A stretch of 64,000 nucleotides of DNA, from assembly GCF_036588685.1 (NCBI RefSeq), contig NC_086382.1, positions 32,922,001 through 32,986,000 on the forward strand. Reading direction: 5' to 3'. The translations under genes and the position numbers were made by a program. Source of the DNA: Mytilus trossulus (lineage: Eukaryota). The stretch's first letter is position 1. Each line of letters opens with the position of its first letter. The notes under the pieces are model-generated. The model was not told the origin of the DNA. It ran no database searches and saw only the letters and a list, made by a program, of their open reading frames with translations. Positions 11,189-24,411 of the stretch are shown piece after piece.

Positions 11189-12961
11189 GAGTACAATGCC
11201 AGGAACGGTACAACAGAAGAAACTAACAAAATGACATTAAAACATAAGTTAACAAAGGACTACTAGCAGTTATGTCTTCATCATATGAAAGTTAAGCATA
11301 CTCCCTCACGTTAGGAGTTTAGTTTCATACAATTATAAAATATATGAGAAAAACAAATCCGTTAGAATGTCAACACGTGGTTTTAGAATAAATCTGAAAC
11401 AAAGACCATATGAGTGAATCAATTTTAATTCCAATATACAAATGTATGCAATATTCAGTGAAATACCTGACAACTGAATAGTAACCATTTTCCTTTTGAA
11501 TAAGTCAGTCCAAAGGTTTAGTTAGCTTTTGGGGTGACTGACTTTTTATTCAATCCAAATGTATTACCATAAATGTTGGATGTGAAATACCTGAATACAG
11601 ATGTACATGAGAAATAAATTTTGAGAGTTTTTCGATGTTGCTTGAAAAGAAAATTATCTCGTGGATAAATGGTATATCATTTGTATATAAAACAGCTGAG
11701 GGATGGAGCAGGGTTGTCAACTTAAGGGTATGAAAATTAGGCGTGCTATTTTCCATATCTCGTCAGTATTAGTTGATTAAAGTGATATTCGCCAAACAAA
11801 GCGGAATAACTCAGATGTATTTTGTTAAACAGGGCAGTTCCCTTACAGGGATAAAATGAAACCAAAACATAAAATGTTAATGCTTTTATGATATTTGAAA
11901 TATGTGAAAAGAAACAGATTGATCAAGTTTAAATAATCACTACTCATTGCATAAATGACACCATTATTATCTGGTATACTACATCAGTGTCAAATAAAAT
12001 GTCCAAATTTAAGGTCCCAGAGAAGGAAAATATTAAGTTTTCTTCTTGGTTTGAAGGTGCTCATCTTGTCTTTTGTATCTTTTGTTGTTATTTAAAGTTT
12101 ATATTTGTATCATAACTCATAAGTGTATCATGTGCTGCTTTCTTTAGAACGAAGTGGCGTTTGTTTTATACGTATTCAATGTTTGCAGTTATTTTTTTTT
12201 TAGTAAAATAGAAAATAAATTTACCCAGTTTCGTTTGCAAGAATCCCATCGTAATCACTTTTATTAGAGTAAATATTTTCCTTCAAGATATTAAAATATG
12301 AAATATGTTTCTCCTTGAAATTGTCTCCTTTGATGCATTATAAAGAAATCTTTATTATTTAATTACAGTCAATATTTTTACACTTCACTAATTACAAAAT
12401 GTACAAGTGAACAGAATTCATATATATGAGAATCATTATATTATCACACATTTGTTAGTGTGTACATTTACAATTAAATATAAAGGATCAACACAGTTAG
12501 CACCCATTATTTCATCGCGTTAAATAATTTTTATGGATACACAAATATGAATAACTTTATAAATTATTCAACAATAGAATGAAATAGAAATATTAAACAA
12601 ATAAAATGCAACTAAAACATTATAAAGTTGGTTCTTCAAAACAAATATAATTGCAAAACATAAAATGATAAAATACCGCTACTCAATGTATATTATAATG
12701 TAATAAAGTTAAAACTTTTTTTTCACAACATATTGTACTCATACCTAATGAAGGCAAACTGAAGGTGTGTGTACCGAACCGACCCAGACAATGGTAAACG
12801 TAGACAGAGACGTGTTCGACCCTAATGAGTTGAACCAATGTACTGCTACAGCCATTTCGAATGCCATGTATAACACTCGGACATAATACTCCGTGATAGT
12901 TATACAAATATTTCACTGGGAGGGTAAATTTCGCTGCATGTTTACCTTTGATGGTTAGCTT

Positions 12962-13926
12962 GGCGAGCGAGAGAGCAAAAAGAGCGAAAGAGTGAGTGGG
13001 TGAGTGAGTGAGCGAGCGAGAGAGAGTGACAACTCGCTCGAGTGAGAGCGAGCGAGAGAGAGTGACAGCTCGCTCGAGTGAGAGCGAGCGAGAGTGAAGC
13101 GAGAGAGAGTGAAGCGAGAGAGAGTGAAGCGAGAGAGCGCGAAGCGAGAGAGCGCGAGAGAGAGCGCGAGAGAGAGTGAGAGCGCGAGTGAGAGCGCGAG
13201 AGAGAGTGAGAGTGAGAGTAAGAGTGAGAGTGCGAGAGAGAGCGCGCGAGAGAGCGCGCGAGAGAGAGCGCGAGAGTGAGAGCGCGAGAGTGAGAGAGAG
13301 AGTGAGAGAGACAGTGAGAGTGAGAGAGTGAGAGAGAGAGTGAGAGAGACAGTGAGAGTGAGAGCGAGAGAGATAGAGAGAGAGAGTGAGAGAGATAGTG
13401 TGAGTGGAGAGCGGCGAGAGTGAGAGTGAGTGAGAGCGAGCGAGTAGCGCGCGAGAGCGAGAGAAAGAGAGCGCGAGAGTGACAGTGAGAGCGAGTGTGA
13501 GCGAGAGAAGAGAAGAGTGAGAGCGAGCGAGAGAAGAGTGAGAGAGAAGAGAGAGGGAGTGAGGGCGNNNNNNNNNNNNNNNNNNNNNNNNNNNNNNNNN
13601 NNNNNNNNNNNNNNNNNNNNNNNNNNNNNNNNNNNNNNNNNNNNNNNNNNNNNNNNNNNNNNNNNNNNNNNNNNNNNNNNNNNNNNNNNNNNNNNNNNNN
13701 NAGCGAAAGGGAGCAAGGAAGGGAGTGTGAGAGAGAGCGAAAGACAGTGAGAGGAGTGAAAGAGAGCAAGGGAGGGAGTGAGAGAGCGAGAGCGAAACGC
13801 AGCAAGGCAGCTAGGGAGGGAGTAAGAGCGGAAGACAGTGTGAGAGAGAGCGGGAGCAAGGGGGCAGTGAGTGAGAGCGAAAGAGAATGTGAGAGAGCGA
13901 AAGAGAGTGAGTGTGAGAGAGTGAGA
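12962..13926. repeat. GA-rich compound microsatellite (GA/GAGT/GAGC)n containing an assembly gap
   Basis: Direct reading of the sequence. N run at 13568-13701. Confidence 0.95.
13568..13701. other. Assembly gap (134 N)
   Basis: Run of N. Confidence 1.
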
Positions 13927-13935
13927 AATTTTTAT

Positions 13936-14705
13936 TACATGAGTGAAAAAAGTTTAGCAACAAAAATATGAAATCAAATTCATAACAACATATAATTTTA
14001 ATAATAACAAAATGGAACTATGACATTTCAGAAGCAACATAAATGTTCATCACATCATTGGATTTTCTTTGTATGGAACGCGGGAGGGTCAAAATGCGGA
14101 AATGAGTATAGTGTTAGTCAAAATCAATTTCCCAGCCATTCCCTAAGTGCACCAATGAAAGATTGGCAGACACACCAGCAACTGCTCGTAGTTAATGCAC
14201 TACTTTTGTGGCCGGACAAATATGGCACGTGTTGACGTAAAGCGAAGGTAGCGCTCCTCCCTTGATAGTTTTTCGTCTACGAGATATCGACCTCAACTGT
14301 GCAGATGCAATTTGTCGATATCTGTTTGTAAGTCTCTAAACTGTTGCCGTATGCACATTAAATCGAGCCACGATTTCAGCAACACTCATTCCGGCATCAA
14401 CCATTCCAAGAGCTTTCTGACGGTTATTTTCGGGGGGAGGCCTGGTTGACGCCCTATGCAATTTTTTCAAAGTTGTATGTTTTTTCTTACCAATTGTGTG
14501 TTTCTGAACGTTAATGAAAAAGTGATTTTTAATATCGTTTTTAAAGTACAGGTACAGAAGATAAAACATTAATGACACGCATGCAAAGCTGAAATGGCGC
14601 GAAATAAATCACCATGAAAAAAGTAGGACTTTTTTTAATTACAGGAAAAAACTAAGGAATATATCAATGATGTTTGCGTTGCTAAACTTTTTTTGGCTCA
14701 GTATA
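13936..14705 (-). mobile_element. Internally deleted Tc1/mariner transposon relic
   Basis: Inverted ends share AAAAAAGTTTAGCAAC (13946 and 14678). The minus strand encodes a Tc1-like N-terminal HTH ENNRQKALGMVDAGMSVAEIVARFNVHTATV*RLTNRYRQ, then after a frameshift EERYLRFTS. Confidence 0.75.
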
Positions 14706-16671
14706 GTTGTGAGTTAGAAAGACATATTCATATATATATTGCATTAGACTAAAACGTCACGCACGCTGTTCCTACAACCCCTATGACTTAAAACAGAATC
14801 TTCGAAATTTCCTCCGCAAAACAAAATAAAATGTTAACAAACAATAACCACTATAAAAACGAATTCAGTATATGTTTTCCTTTATGTTCTTTATAGCTCT
14901 TGAGGATTAAAACAACAAAGCTAAGTGAAAAATACGGATGTCCAACGTTACATTTTTGAACAACAGTTTTATCTCTTATGTATAGTGATCCTATTTCTTT
15001 TTCTCTCATCTTTCCGAAACTTGGCAGAAGCAACGAAGTGTGTCAGTTCTTGGTTAAATTGAAGCCGTTCTTTTGTCGAATTTTGTTTGACTCGGTAGCT
15101 GCATTTTAAGCTGGAATAAGAAAAATGTCCAATGACGTTTTTGGTTGACTTAACGGCTGAAAGGTAGTTCTATAAGTAGACATAGCTAAAAATGTCTAAG
15201 AAATGTGAGATAATTATAACATCTACCGAAAGAACAAACATTTGCCTCATTGTTCGTGAGTTCAAAGTGTAAATATAGCGTCAAATTATTGCCGTTATCA
15301 GTGAACAAAATGCGCTGTGTTGTATGAAGTTTTTTTGGCAATGCTGTACGACAAAAGGATTAATGGATGGATATTGGTATAACATTACCCCTCGGATATT
15401 GGTATAACATTACCCCTCGTAGATTATATTATACTACTCCCAGGCACGTGCAATACACTATTTTACTCGCGACAATATTTACAAATAGTAATGTAATAAC
15501 AATATCTAGTGACATAATAATACTAAGCGAACACGATGAAGTAACATCGTGAGGATAAATATTTCGACTCAAAAAATGGTTCTCGTTAGTGTCATAAAAT
15601 TTATATTTATTTTTTGAGTAATTAATATAATCATCAATTTTATTAAAAAGTTCAGTGACAAAATATGACTTGAAAAAGATAGATCGATGGTTTTACAATG
15701 TGTGTTGCGTTTTATGAAAAAATGTTGCTCCAATAATCGAAAAGATAGCTTAATTACTAAAAAATTATTTTAATGAGATAAAATACAATTTTGAACTCAT
15801 TTTTGCCATAAGCACGTGTACTAGTTTAGTGACGCATCCAGAACTTTTCATAAAAGGAGGCACTCCATCCATGCTTCAGTGATTCCCTATATAATCAACC
15901 AAATTTTTGCCACGAAAAGGGGGGACGGGCCCCTAGCCCCGTCCCCCTGGATTCGTCTATGTAGTCTTTAACGACACCAGTAAGGTACACGTAAGATATT
16001 ATTAATAAGTAATTTCTAATCATTCCAATTTATATTTGAGTATTAGAAAACATTCTTTATTCTAATCCTTTTCTTAATATACACAGAAAACAAAAACAAA
16101 GCCAAAGGCAAATCAGTTCCAGTAAGGACTGTTTGATTCATTCTCTTGTGCACACAATAAATTTTATCGTATAAAATCACGTGCAAGGTTTTCTAGAAGC
16201 AGTGAAATCGTAATAAAATAAAAGATGAAGGTTTTTATCACTGATATACAATTTTGTTTCTTTATTTTCATCATGATACATACAATAATCTCATGCATTA
16301 AATGAAACCTCCCAAACAACACCAACGGTTGTGTAACGTACCAACCGTACCTGATACGTAGCAAATCTGGAAACCTCTATTAAAGAAGTTCAAACCTCGT
16401 ATACTAAATACTGTGACAAGCGATTTTATTTTTATATTATGATTTCAAGAAAAAAATCGTATCATTTTAAAAGCTGATGTTTGATCTGATTTGTTACTAT
16501 TTTATACATTAATTTCTGAGCTTTTCAAATAAAGAAATAAACAATGCATACACTTCCATGGTTAAACATCATGTACAAAACCTTCATTAGGTGCGTTAGA
16601 ACCGGTAGCGGGCCGGGGCTCGGGAGTGGTGAATTCTAGGCAAAAATTGATGATACACCAAGATGGTGTCC

Positions 16672-16910
16672 CCAGTACATTAATGCTTCATCCGCACTAT
16701 CATTTTCTAGGTTCAGTGGACCCTGAAAATGGGACAAGAACTAAAATTAGAAAGACCATATCATAAGGAACATGTGTAATAAGTTTCAAGAGAACTTCAA
16801 CTTCTTCAAAAACTACCTCGACCAAAAACTTTAATCCGAAGCGGGACAGACGGACAAACGGACGGACGCAAAGACCAGAAGACATAATGCCTATCAACGG
16901 GGCTGAAAAA
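16672..16910 (-). mobile_element. Short HINE/DINE-like non-autonomous element with GTCC microsatellite
   Basis: Reverse complement of the copies at 48908-49165 and 62785-63075. Confidence 0.65.
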
Positions 16911-17329
16911 AAGAAAATAATAGAGGGCATACCGACATGCATGGGTAATCCGCAAATAAAAGGTTGATTCGTCACTCAAACATGTTGAATAACAAATGTG
17001 GTGTCACTTTATATAGATATAAAACATAAGATGTGGCATATCCAGCTATAAAAGACCACGAAATGGCAATGTAAAACAACTCAAACGAGAAAACTAATGG
17101 TCTAATTTATGTACAAATTTTATTTTTCTAATTTATACTTTCAGAAGTTTGCACCACTATAATATTCATTCCACTCCTACTCCACTGTGTGTGATACTTA
17201 GCTCATATCTATTAAATGTTACGTTAATTATCAATAAGTTTATACATAATCTAAAGTCAATGAACAACACAAAGTCCAGTATTGTAATTTTGAAATGTAG
17301 ATAAAATATATCTACACTCAACAATAAAC

Positions 17330-17369
17330 ATGAATACTTTAAAAGTCATCTTGTCGATCTTTTTTTCAG
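17330..17369 (+). CDS. Gene 3 exon 1: first part of the signal peptide; model join(17330..17369,18388..18923), 191 aa
   Basis: AAACATG start, MNTLKVILSIFFS, then a consensus CAG|GTAAGT phase-1 donor in frame with exon 2. Confidence 0.85.
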
Positions 17370-18387
17370 GTAAGTCAAATTTACATGTAATTCAATTTTT
17401 GGGGTACATATTCTTTAAAAAGATTCCTCGAAAATTCAAAACATAAAAAATATTATCAACTTTGCCAGCCGTATATGAAAATAAGTACATGCGGAATAAT
17501 TGCTAATGTCACAACTTTAGTTTATATAGATAAAGGCAACACTAGTATACCGCTGTTCGAAATTCGCAAATCGATAGAGAAAAAACAAACAAATCCGGGT
17601 TACAAACTAAAACTGAGGGAAACGTATGAAATATAACAGAACTACGACACAACAGAAACACAACACCAAAAATTTAATACACACAGAAACGAACTATAAT
17701 GTTACGATAGCCATTTTCCTGACTTGGTACAGGGCATTTTATGAAAAATTGTGGGTTGGACCTGGTTTTGTGGCATGCCTAACCTCCCGCTTTAATAACA
17801 ATTGTTAATTATAACATTTAAATGACAACATTACGTATATGCATTATAGCAGAGACCAAATAATGTAAATGTCAATTATCGGTCATCATATTTCCTTCAA
17901 CAATGAGCAAGACCTATACCACATATCAATCTATACCATATGCTTCGAAATGATAAATAAATAAACTATCAAAACATGAGAACTAATGACCCGATTAATG
18001 TACTAAAAATAAACGAAAGGCAAATATGATATACAGTAAGTTTTCAAAAAATATTACACAATATACATTTTGAAAGTATGTCTTATCAGATATACAAAAC
18101 ACAAATGTATAGATAATTTTTGTCCTTGGTGTCGTTGTGTTATTGTTGCATTGGCGTTCACTAAAACCCTCTTTTTAAAATATTTTTATTTTAACATTAA
18201 ATTTCAACACAAGTCTACCAAAGAACTGTAGTTTTAAATGAGTTTAAGCTTGCATAAACTGCTGAAACTACTGGTTATTTACAAAATTACCTAATTAGAT
18301 ATTCAACGAAACAATATAATGTGATAAAATATTTGCTTTTCACGTTTGGGCTTCATATCTCTTCTACGGTTTTTCCATTTTTTTCAG

Positions 18388-18923
18388 GGATCATTACACT
18401 AACTGCTTCTTCGTCAAATGGTCCAACTTTAGCTGACATTGATGAATCAAATGACACTACCACTCAGTCCGCTCAAGCTACAACACATGGAATACCAGTG
18501 TCATCCCATGCCACATCTTCCGATTCATCAGCAGGTACCACACATGGAAACACAACCAATAAACCTTACATAACTGATACGACGGAAAATCCGGATTACT
18601 CGTCTGCTTCAACAGCCGTTAGTACATCAGGTGCTCCAAAAACATCAAATCCGTCGGCTGTTCCAGAAACGTCAAATCCGACAACTGTCCCAGATAAAAC
18701 AACAATTACTGTACCATCTACATCGGGTAATCCAACAACACGTGTTCCATCGTCGGGCGATGGTTCTGGATTTAGTGGTTTATCCTTTGGAATCGGTATT
18801 CTGGGAGGTGTTATAGCAGTATGTGTGTCAATACTTCTTGTTTTTCTTTATCGACGTCGGTTTCCATATGAAACTTTATCAAATTTTGACTCAACATCTT
18901 CAATAAACTTTTTGAAAGACTGA
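18388..18923 (+). CDS. Gene 3 exon 2: Ser/Thr-rich mucin stalk, TM helix and extended YETL tail (porimin/CD164-like)
   Basis: TTTTTTTCAG acceptor. Ends GFSGLSFGIGILGGVIAVCVSILLVFLYRRRFPYETLSNFDSTSSINFLKD*. Confidence 0.9.
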
Positions 18924-20111
18924 GTTGTAACATAGATCTGAGATGTTATATTAGATTTTTTATTTCAATACATTAACATAATTATATATAAACATGAACT
19001 GTCTTCTTTTTTTTTAATTGGTAGCATGTGCCTTTTATAGCCGACTTTACTATATATTTGTCTCATTGTTGAAGGTCGTACTGTTGCATCTAATTGCTTA
19101 CATCCACTGCATTTGAACTTAATATGTGCATAGTTGTCTCATTGTTGAAGGTCGTACTGTTGCATCTAATTGCTTACATCCACTGCATTCGAACTTAATA
19201 TGTGCATAGCTGTCTCATTGGCAAACATACCACATCTCCTTATTTTCATATCAAAAACATACATAATTTCTTTAAAACATTTCAAATTTCGTATCAGAAG
19301 AGATAAATTATGATTCATGGACATAGGTTGATAGTCCAAATTTAAATTCGTTTGTGTAAAGCATTCAATGCAGGTTCAAAAAAGTTCTTGGAGGTCTAGT
19401 GTCTTTAGAATAAAGAATAAATGAAACGAAACGAAACAAAAAATAATGGACATAAAAATAAAGATATTCGAAAAATGTGGCGCTCTAATATAAAGAATGG
19501 CGAATATTTGCCAAAACAATATAAACTATTAAAAAATACAGAAATTTTGGACACCTCATGTCAGAACCTCGATTATCAGGTGCAAAATAATAATAAGACA
19601 TAAAGCACAATGCGTGGCTGAAAGACCAAACAAAGTCCACTAGGTACACGGTTTTTTTTAAAGGTGGATGTTTGTTTGAGAGGGAGTATAATTAAATAGG
19701 TTTTCAATGACATACCTTCGACTTATTTTTTTTGTATTATTGAAAGCCTTATTTATTCTGATGTTTTGCTTTGAACTCGGTTTTCGTAGCTACTAGTACT
19801 CTGTGTTTTGGCTTTTTGTTTGTTTTCCCCGGATCTGATGAGTGAAGCATTGTTTGTTCTGATGTTGTACAACTTCAAATAATTTGGAAAGGGTTAAATG
19901 CGCACAAAAATGTTTAACTCTGCCATATTGTGTCTGTCCCAAAAACGGGCCAGCTATGTAACAGTGATGTTGTCTGTGGTTGTCTATTGTTATACTGTGG
20001 GGGGGGGGGTGAGGGGGATTATGACAAGAGTAATAGAAAGAATGCTACAGACTCATCAGATCACTACTAATAAGCACAAAAAAACCAACTGGTGGATAGT
20101 CACATTGTCAA

Positions 20112-20380
20112 TATTAATGGTCATTTTTACATAAATTTACAGTTTGCAAAAGTATGAATTATTCGAAATACCGTCAAGGATTTTCTTATCTCGGGCAAAG
20201 ATAACCTTAGCCGTATTTGGCACAACTTTCATTTAAATTTTGGGTCATCGTTGCTCTTCAACTTTGTAATTGTTTTGGCTTTCTCGCTATTTTGATCTGA
20301 GCGTCACTGATGAGTCTTATATGTAGACGAAACGCGCGTCAGGAGTATTAAATTATAAGCCTGGTACATTTGATAACTAA
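20112..20380 (+). mobile_element. Partial retrozyme-like unit
   Basis: Homologous to 5840-6107. Confidence 0.75.
20301..20346 (+). ncRNA. Type I hammerhead ribozyme, 3' strand of stem I degenerate
   Basis: GCGTCA CTGATGA GTCT-tatatgt-AGAC GAAA CGCGCGTC AGGAGT. Confidence 0.7.
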
Positions 20381-20727
20381 TTATATCTATATTTTATCCA
20401 AATCATGAATCATTAAAAGTGATGTATATATATAAGAAGATGTGGTATGAGTGCCAATGAGACAACTCTCCATCCAAGTCACAATCTGTAATTAAAAGTA
20501 AACCACTATAGGTCAAAATAGTATACGTTTCTTCAACACGAAGCCTTGGCTCACACGGAACAGCAATTCATAGAGGATCCCCAAACAATAACTAGTGTAA
20601 TACCATTGACGGGAAGACCAACGGTCTAACCTATATAAAAACGATAAAGGAAAACACAACCTATATTTTAATCAATTCGTGAATCATTCAACAATTTTAC
20701 CTTACAAATTGCAATGTATTCCTTTAA

Positions 20728-21311
20728 GGTGGTATGGGTGTCTTCCTCCATCTTGGATTGTAAAAAACAGAGGTCCAGATTTTCTATCAAGTTAGCAAAA
20801 TTTGATGCAGGAATGAAGATTTTAAATGTGAATATTCATTTAAAAGAACCAATTAATAAAATATAACTTATCATTTTTAATTATACCTGCAAATGTTGAT
20901 TATTTTTGGTTGTTTTTAATTCTTTTAAAATTGGCATTTTTAGGGGAAGTAACTCGAAAATAGTGCATTTTCTGAACGATTCTACATGGAATTTTCCTAT
21001 TTTGTATTTAAGCCGGAAAAAACGTGAGGTGACCCTATCTTTTCTTTTGATATTCTCAAGGTATTGTCTGAAAGCTATCTTTTCCTTAAGTATTTAACAA
21101 TTCTATCATTTTGTTTAGTTTCTAATAACAAAATGGTGTTTCCCACCGTATAATCCATACAAAATGTGTCATTTTGTCACGTCCTGTAGCTTGAGAAAAT
21201 GCGCGGTGACCTATCATTTTTATTATATTTTTCAACATATATTAATAGATATTACGTTTTGGCAAAGTATGAACAAGTTCTATCATTTTTATTTTAGACT
21301 CCCATACCACC
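20728..21311. mobile_element. Non-autonomous DNA transposon, Kolobok-like (TTAA target)
   Basis: TIRs GGTGGTATGGGTGTCT and AGACTCCCATACCACC, flanked by TTAA and CTAA. Confidence 0.7.
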
Positions 21312-22149
21312 CTAAATAAACTTATCTTCCATGATACATTGCAATTTTTTGCCAAAAAACCCCTATTTTTAATAGTAAAATGGGTCTCCTTAATATCAAC
21401 TCTTTTCTTGCATTTCGAATGGAAACAAATAAATGATTAACTTGAACGGCATATAATCTGTCGCAGATTGTATAGAACCATGAATTTGCATATGTTTACG
21501 AGTCGATACCCGTATCTTGGCATTGCACAAGGTCATGGTTTTCTCTGACTGTTAATGACGTATTTTTACTAAATCCATTTCAACCAGCCTAACCTAGCCA
21601 CCATCTGTATGTGCTTATTAGTCAGGAACCTGCAATTTGGTGGTTGTCGTTTGTTGCTGTATATCATATTTGTTTTTCGTTCATTATTCTATACATACAT
21701 CTGATCGTTTGAATTGTTTTACATTTGCCATTTCAGCCTGGGCCTTTCATAGCTGACTATGTGGTATTAATTTTACTCATTGTTAAAGGCCGTACAAGTA
21801 CCTGTAGTTGTTAATTTCTGTGTCATTTGGTCTCTTACAGAGAGTTAATTCATTATCTTCTTCAGTGTTTACTCATGCTCAGGTTGTCGTGTTTATCTAA
21901 ATGTACTCTAGATTGAGTATAGGCTAACGCTTGCATTCTTTTTTTATGCGGTTGACCTTCTTGCATTGTAACACGGAAAATTTAGTATCGCATTCGTGTA
22001 AAATCTATTAATCAAATTGTTTGATTATCATTAAATTGTTATCCTTAAATAAATTAACAAGATTAAAATGCATACTCTTCTACGTAACAAATTATCTATC
22101 AGTAAAATGAAAAATGAATGATTACGTAGATTTTGTTATCATCTTATAT

Positions 22150-22159
22150 GTCACATGAC
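22150..22159 (+). promoter_or_regulatory. CLEAR/M-box-like motif GTCACATGAC upstream of gene 4
   Basis: 9/10 match to GTCACGTGAC, about 45 bp upstream of the ATG at 22202. Confidence 0.35.
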
Positions 22160-22201
22160 CGCGAGGACAGTAACAAAGTACAACCCTTTTTACCATCCAC
22201 C

Positions 22202-22295
22202 ATGAACGGCAACGGCCAACTTTTGTGTATTGTCATTTTAGGCGCCTGCATATCAATAATTAATGGAGCTACTGTCCCATCATTAGTGTCATCAG
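22202..22295 (+). CDS. Gene 4 exon 1: signal peptide; model join(22202..22295,23367..23749), 158 aa
   Basis: Kozak-like CCACCATG start, MNGNGQLLCIVILGACISIINGATVPSLVSS, then a CAG|GTAAGC phase-1 donor. Confidence 0.9.
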
Positions 22296-23020
22296 GTAAG
22301 CAGGTACCGAGAAAATTCAAGAGCGTAAATATTTGTTACACAGTAATGGTTTACTAAAGCGTAACATTGGTGTTCCTTATTTCATTTCTTGAAATATAAA
22401 CAAACAAGAAATAAATGGGTTGCAGTTCCTGTTTCTATAAATGTCAGCATTGTATACCAGCCAAAAGAGGATATTAAGCCTAGTTATGTGTCAACTTTAA
22501 ACTTTTAATGCCCCTGTAACTTAAATGTCTGTAGTAAGTATTCTGTTTTAATAAAATAGCGTTCAATATGTTGAACCTTCAAATAAAAATAAGTAAGACA
22601 ACTATCTTCATAATCCAAATGAAAAAGTTGTAAGGAGATCATCGTACAACCTTTAACAAGTGGAGCAAATACCATCCTATATAGTCCACTATGAGAGATA
22701 ATTAAAATCTATTAACACAGAGGCGGATTTAGGGCCGGGAGGGTGCAGTGGAATCAATTGATTGCACATTGTGTTTTTCTGGTAATACAGAATCATCGAA
22801 TTTTCACTACAACACTAGTACTCGATTTATAGTGTAGGTGGTCCTTTTGATAAAGATTTAGAGAACACTCGGTCTTTTCTAAGTGTATATTTATACTCCT
22901 ATCATAGAGATATATCTAAATCAAATATATCTCGACATCTCAAAAATTCAGTAAGACAATTATAGTGCAAACTATTTGAAAAACTTTTATGAGAATGTTA
23001 TAGATTTAGTGAAAAACTGT

Positions 23021-23261
23021 TTACAGCAGAATGCATTGAGTGTAAAGGTAAAGGTGATATATTTTTTTAGCTGGCTTGCTAGGTAAACTACCCTTCTTTA
23101 AGAGTAGACTAGTCCAACAGATATCCAATATATCTGTCTGTAGGACTAGACTACTCCAAAGGGAGGGTAGTATACCAAACATAATAATGACCAGTTCAGC
23201 TTACAAGCAAGCTTACCAAAGATTCTAAATTTACCTACACTCTTAATGCATTCTGCTGTAA
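23021..23261. mobile_element. Palindromic foldback MITE in the gene 4 intron
   Basis: TTACAGCAGAATGCATT pairs with AATGCATTCTGCTGTAA, and the inner arms GAGTAGACTAGTCC and GGACTAGACTACTC also pair. Confidence 0.65.
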
Positions 23262-23366
23262 TAACCTATGCCGATTTTTACTAAACAACAACAAATTATT
23301 CAAAAGCTAGGCTTGGAAATCAGATGTTAATCGTACCTTATATTTAGATTTACTTTGATCTTTCAG

Positions 23367-23749
23367 CTGTTGTGTCTGCAAGTAGTGGCAATGATACATC
23401 TATCGCACCAGCAGAAACGACAGTAAACCCTGGTACCGTAACAACAGGAACAGGGACAACATTGAATGCCCAGACAACACAACCAACAAATCCCGGAGGT
23501 ACAACACAAGTAACAACACCATTAACACCGGCCAAGGAAACTACACAACCTCCAACCAAACCCGTTGTTTCTACAGGAACAACACCAAATAAACCAACCA
23601 CAACCATAAAACCAGCTGAAGGACGTAAATTTGACGGACCATCTTTTGGTGGTGGTTTCGGTTTAGCGGCTGGCTTAGTTATAATATTTGGAATTGGATA
23701 TTGCTGTTATACAAGACGAAAATCAAGTGGTGGATATAGCCAGTATTAA
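23367..23749 (+). CDS. Gene 4 exon 2: Thr/Pro/Gly mucin stalk, TM helix and GYSQY tail (CD164/porimin-like)
   Basis: TCTTTCAG acceptor. Ends RKFDGPSFGGGFGLAAGLVIIFGIGYCCYTRRKSSGGYSQY*, the closest match here to the FDxxSFxGG family motif. Confidence 0.92.
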
Positions 23750-24411
23750 TAATGTAGTGAATGCTATAAGATTGAAATTATTAACAACCATATGTTCTGT
23801 TTTATATGTGGACTTTAAATGTTTTGAAGTTTTTATATCCAAATTGAACTTCTAGAACACGGCAGTTAAAAAAGGATCTCATTTCGTCCACTGTTATTCT
23901 TGTTTTGACATGAATACTGTATCAATGGAGATTGTATTAATTAAATGTTTTACGTTATTTATTTATGTACAATTACATTTAAAGTGCATCAGCGACGCCA
24001 AAAAGGGGATTGAAAAATTTCAGTGCATTATATTAATGTTATTTAATGTGAAATCATCCCGAGACAAATATGTTGTTCATAAGTGTTTCTCGTTTTTTTT
24101 ATATAGATTAAACCGTTGTTTTCCTGTTTGAATGGTTCACACTAGTCATTTTGGGGTCCTTTATAGCTTGCTGTTCGGTGTGATCCAAATTAATGATCTG
24201 TGTTGAAGACCGTTCTTTGATCTATAATGGTTTTTCTTTGCGGTGACTTGGATGGAGAATAGCCTAGTCTCATTGGCACTCAAACCACAATTTAAATACG
24301 CCACGAAACGAACCAAAATAAGTCACCTGAGCATGCGTTATGCCCAATCCATCCACACCTTTGAATAAAAACCCGTTTTCTATTTGTATGATTTTAGATG
24401 ATTTGTTTATT

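Noticed and set aside
12942-13971. SL-rich and RE-rich ORFs
   Set aside because: Translations of the GA microsatellite across an N gap.
19835-19870. CTGATGAGTGAAGC, a possible fifth hammerhead
   Set aside because: No stem II or GAAA, and no pairing stem I.
9950-23607. Minus-strand Val/Gly-rich ORFs at 9950-10135 and 23350-23607, and + frame ORF 18631-18816
   Set aside because: Antisense or alternative frames of the mucin exons of genes 2-4.
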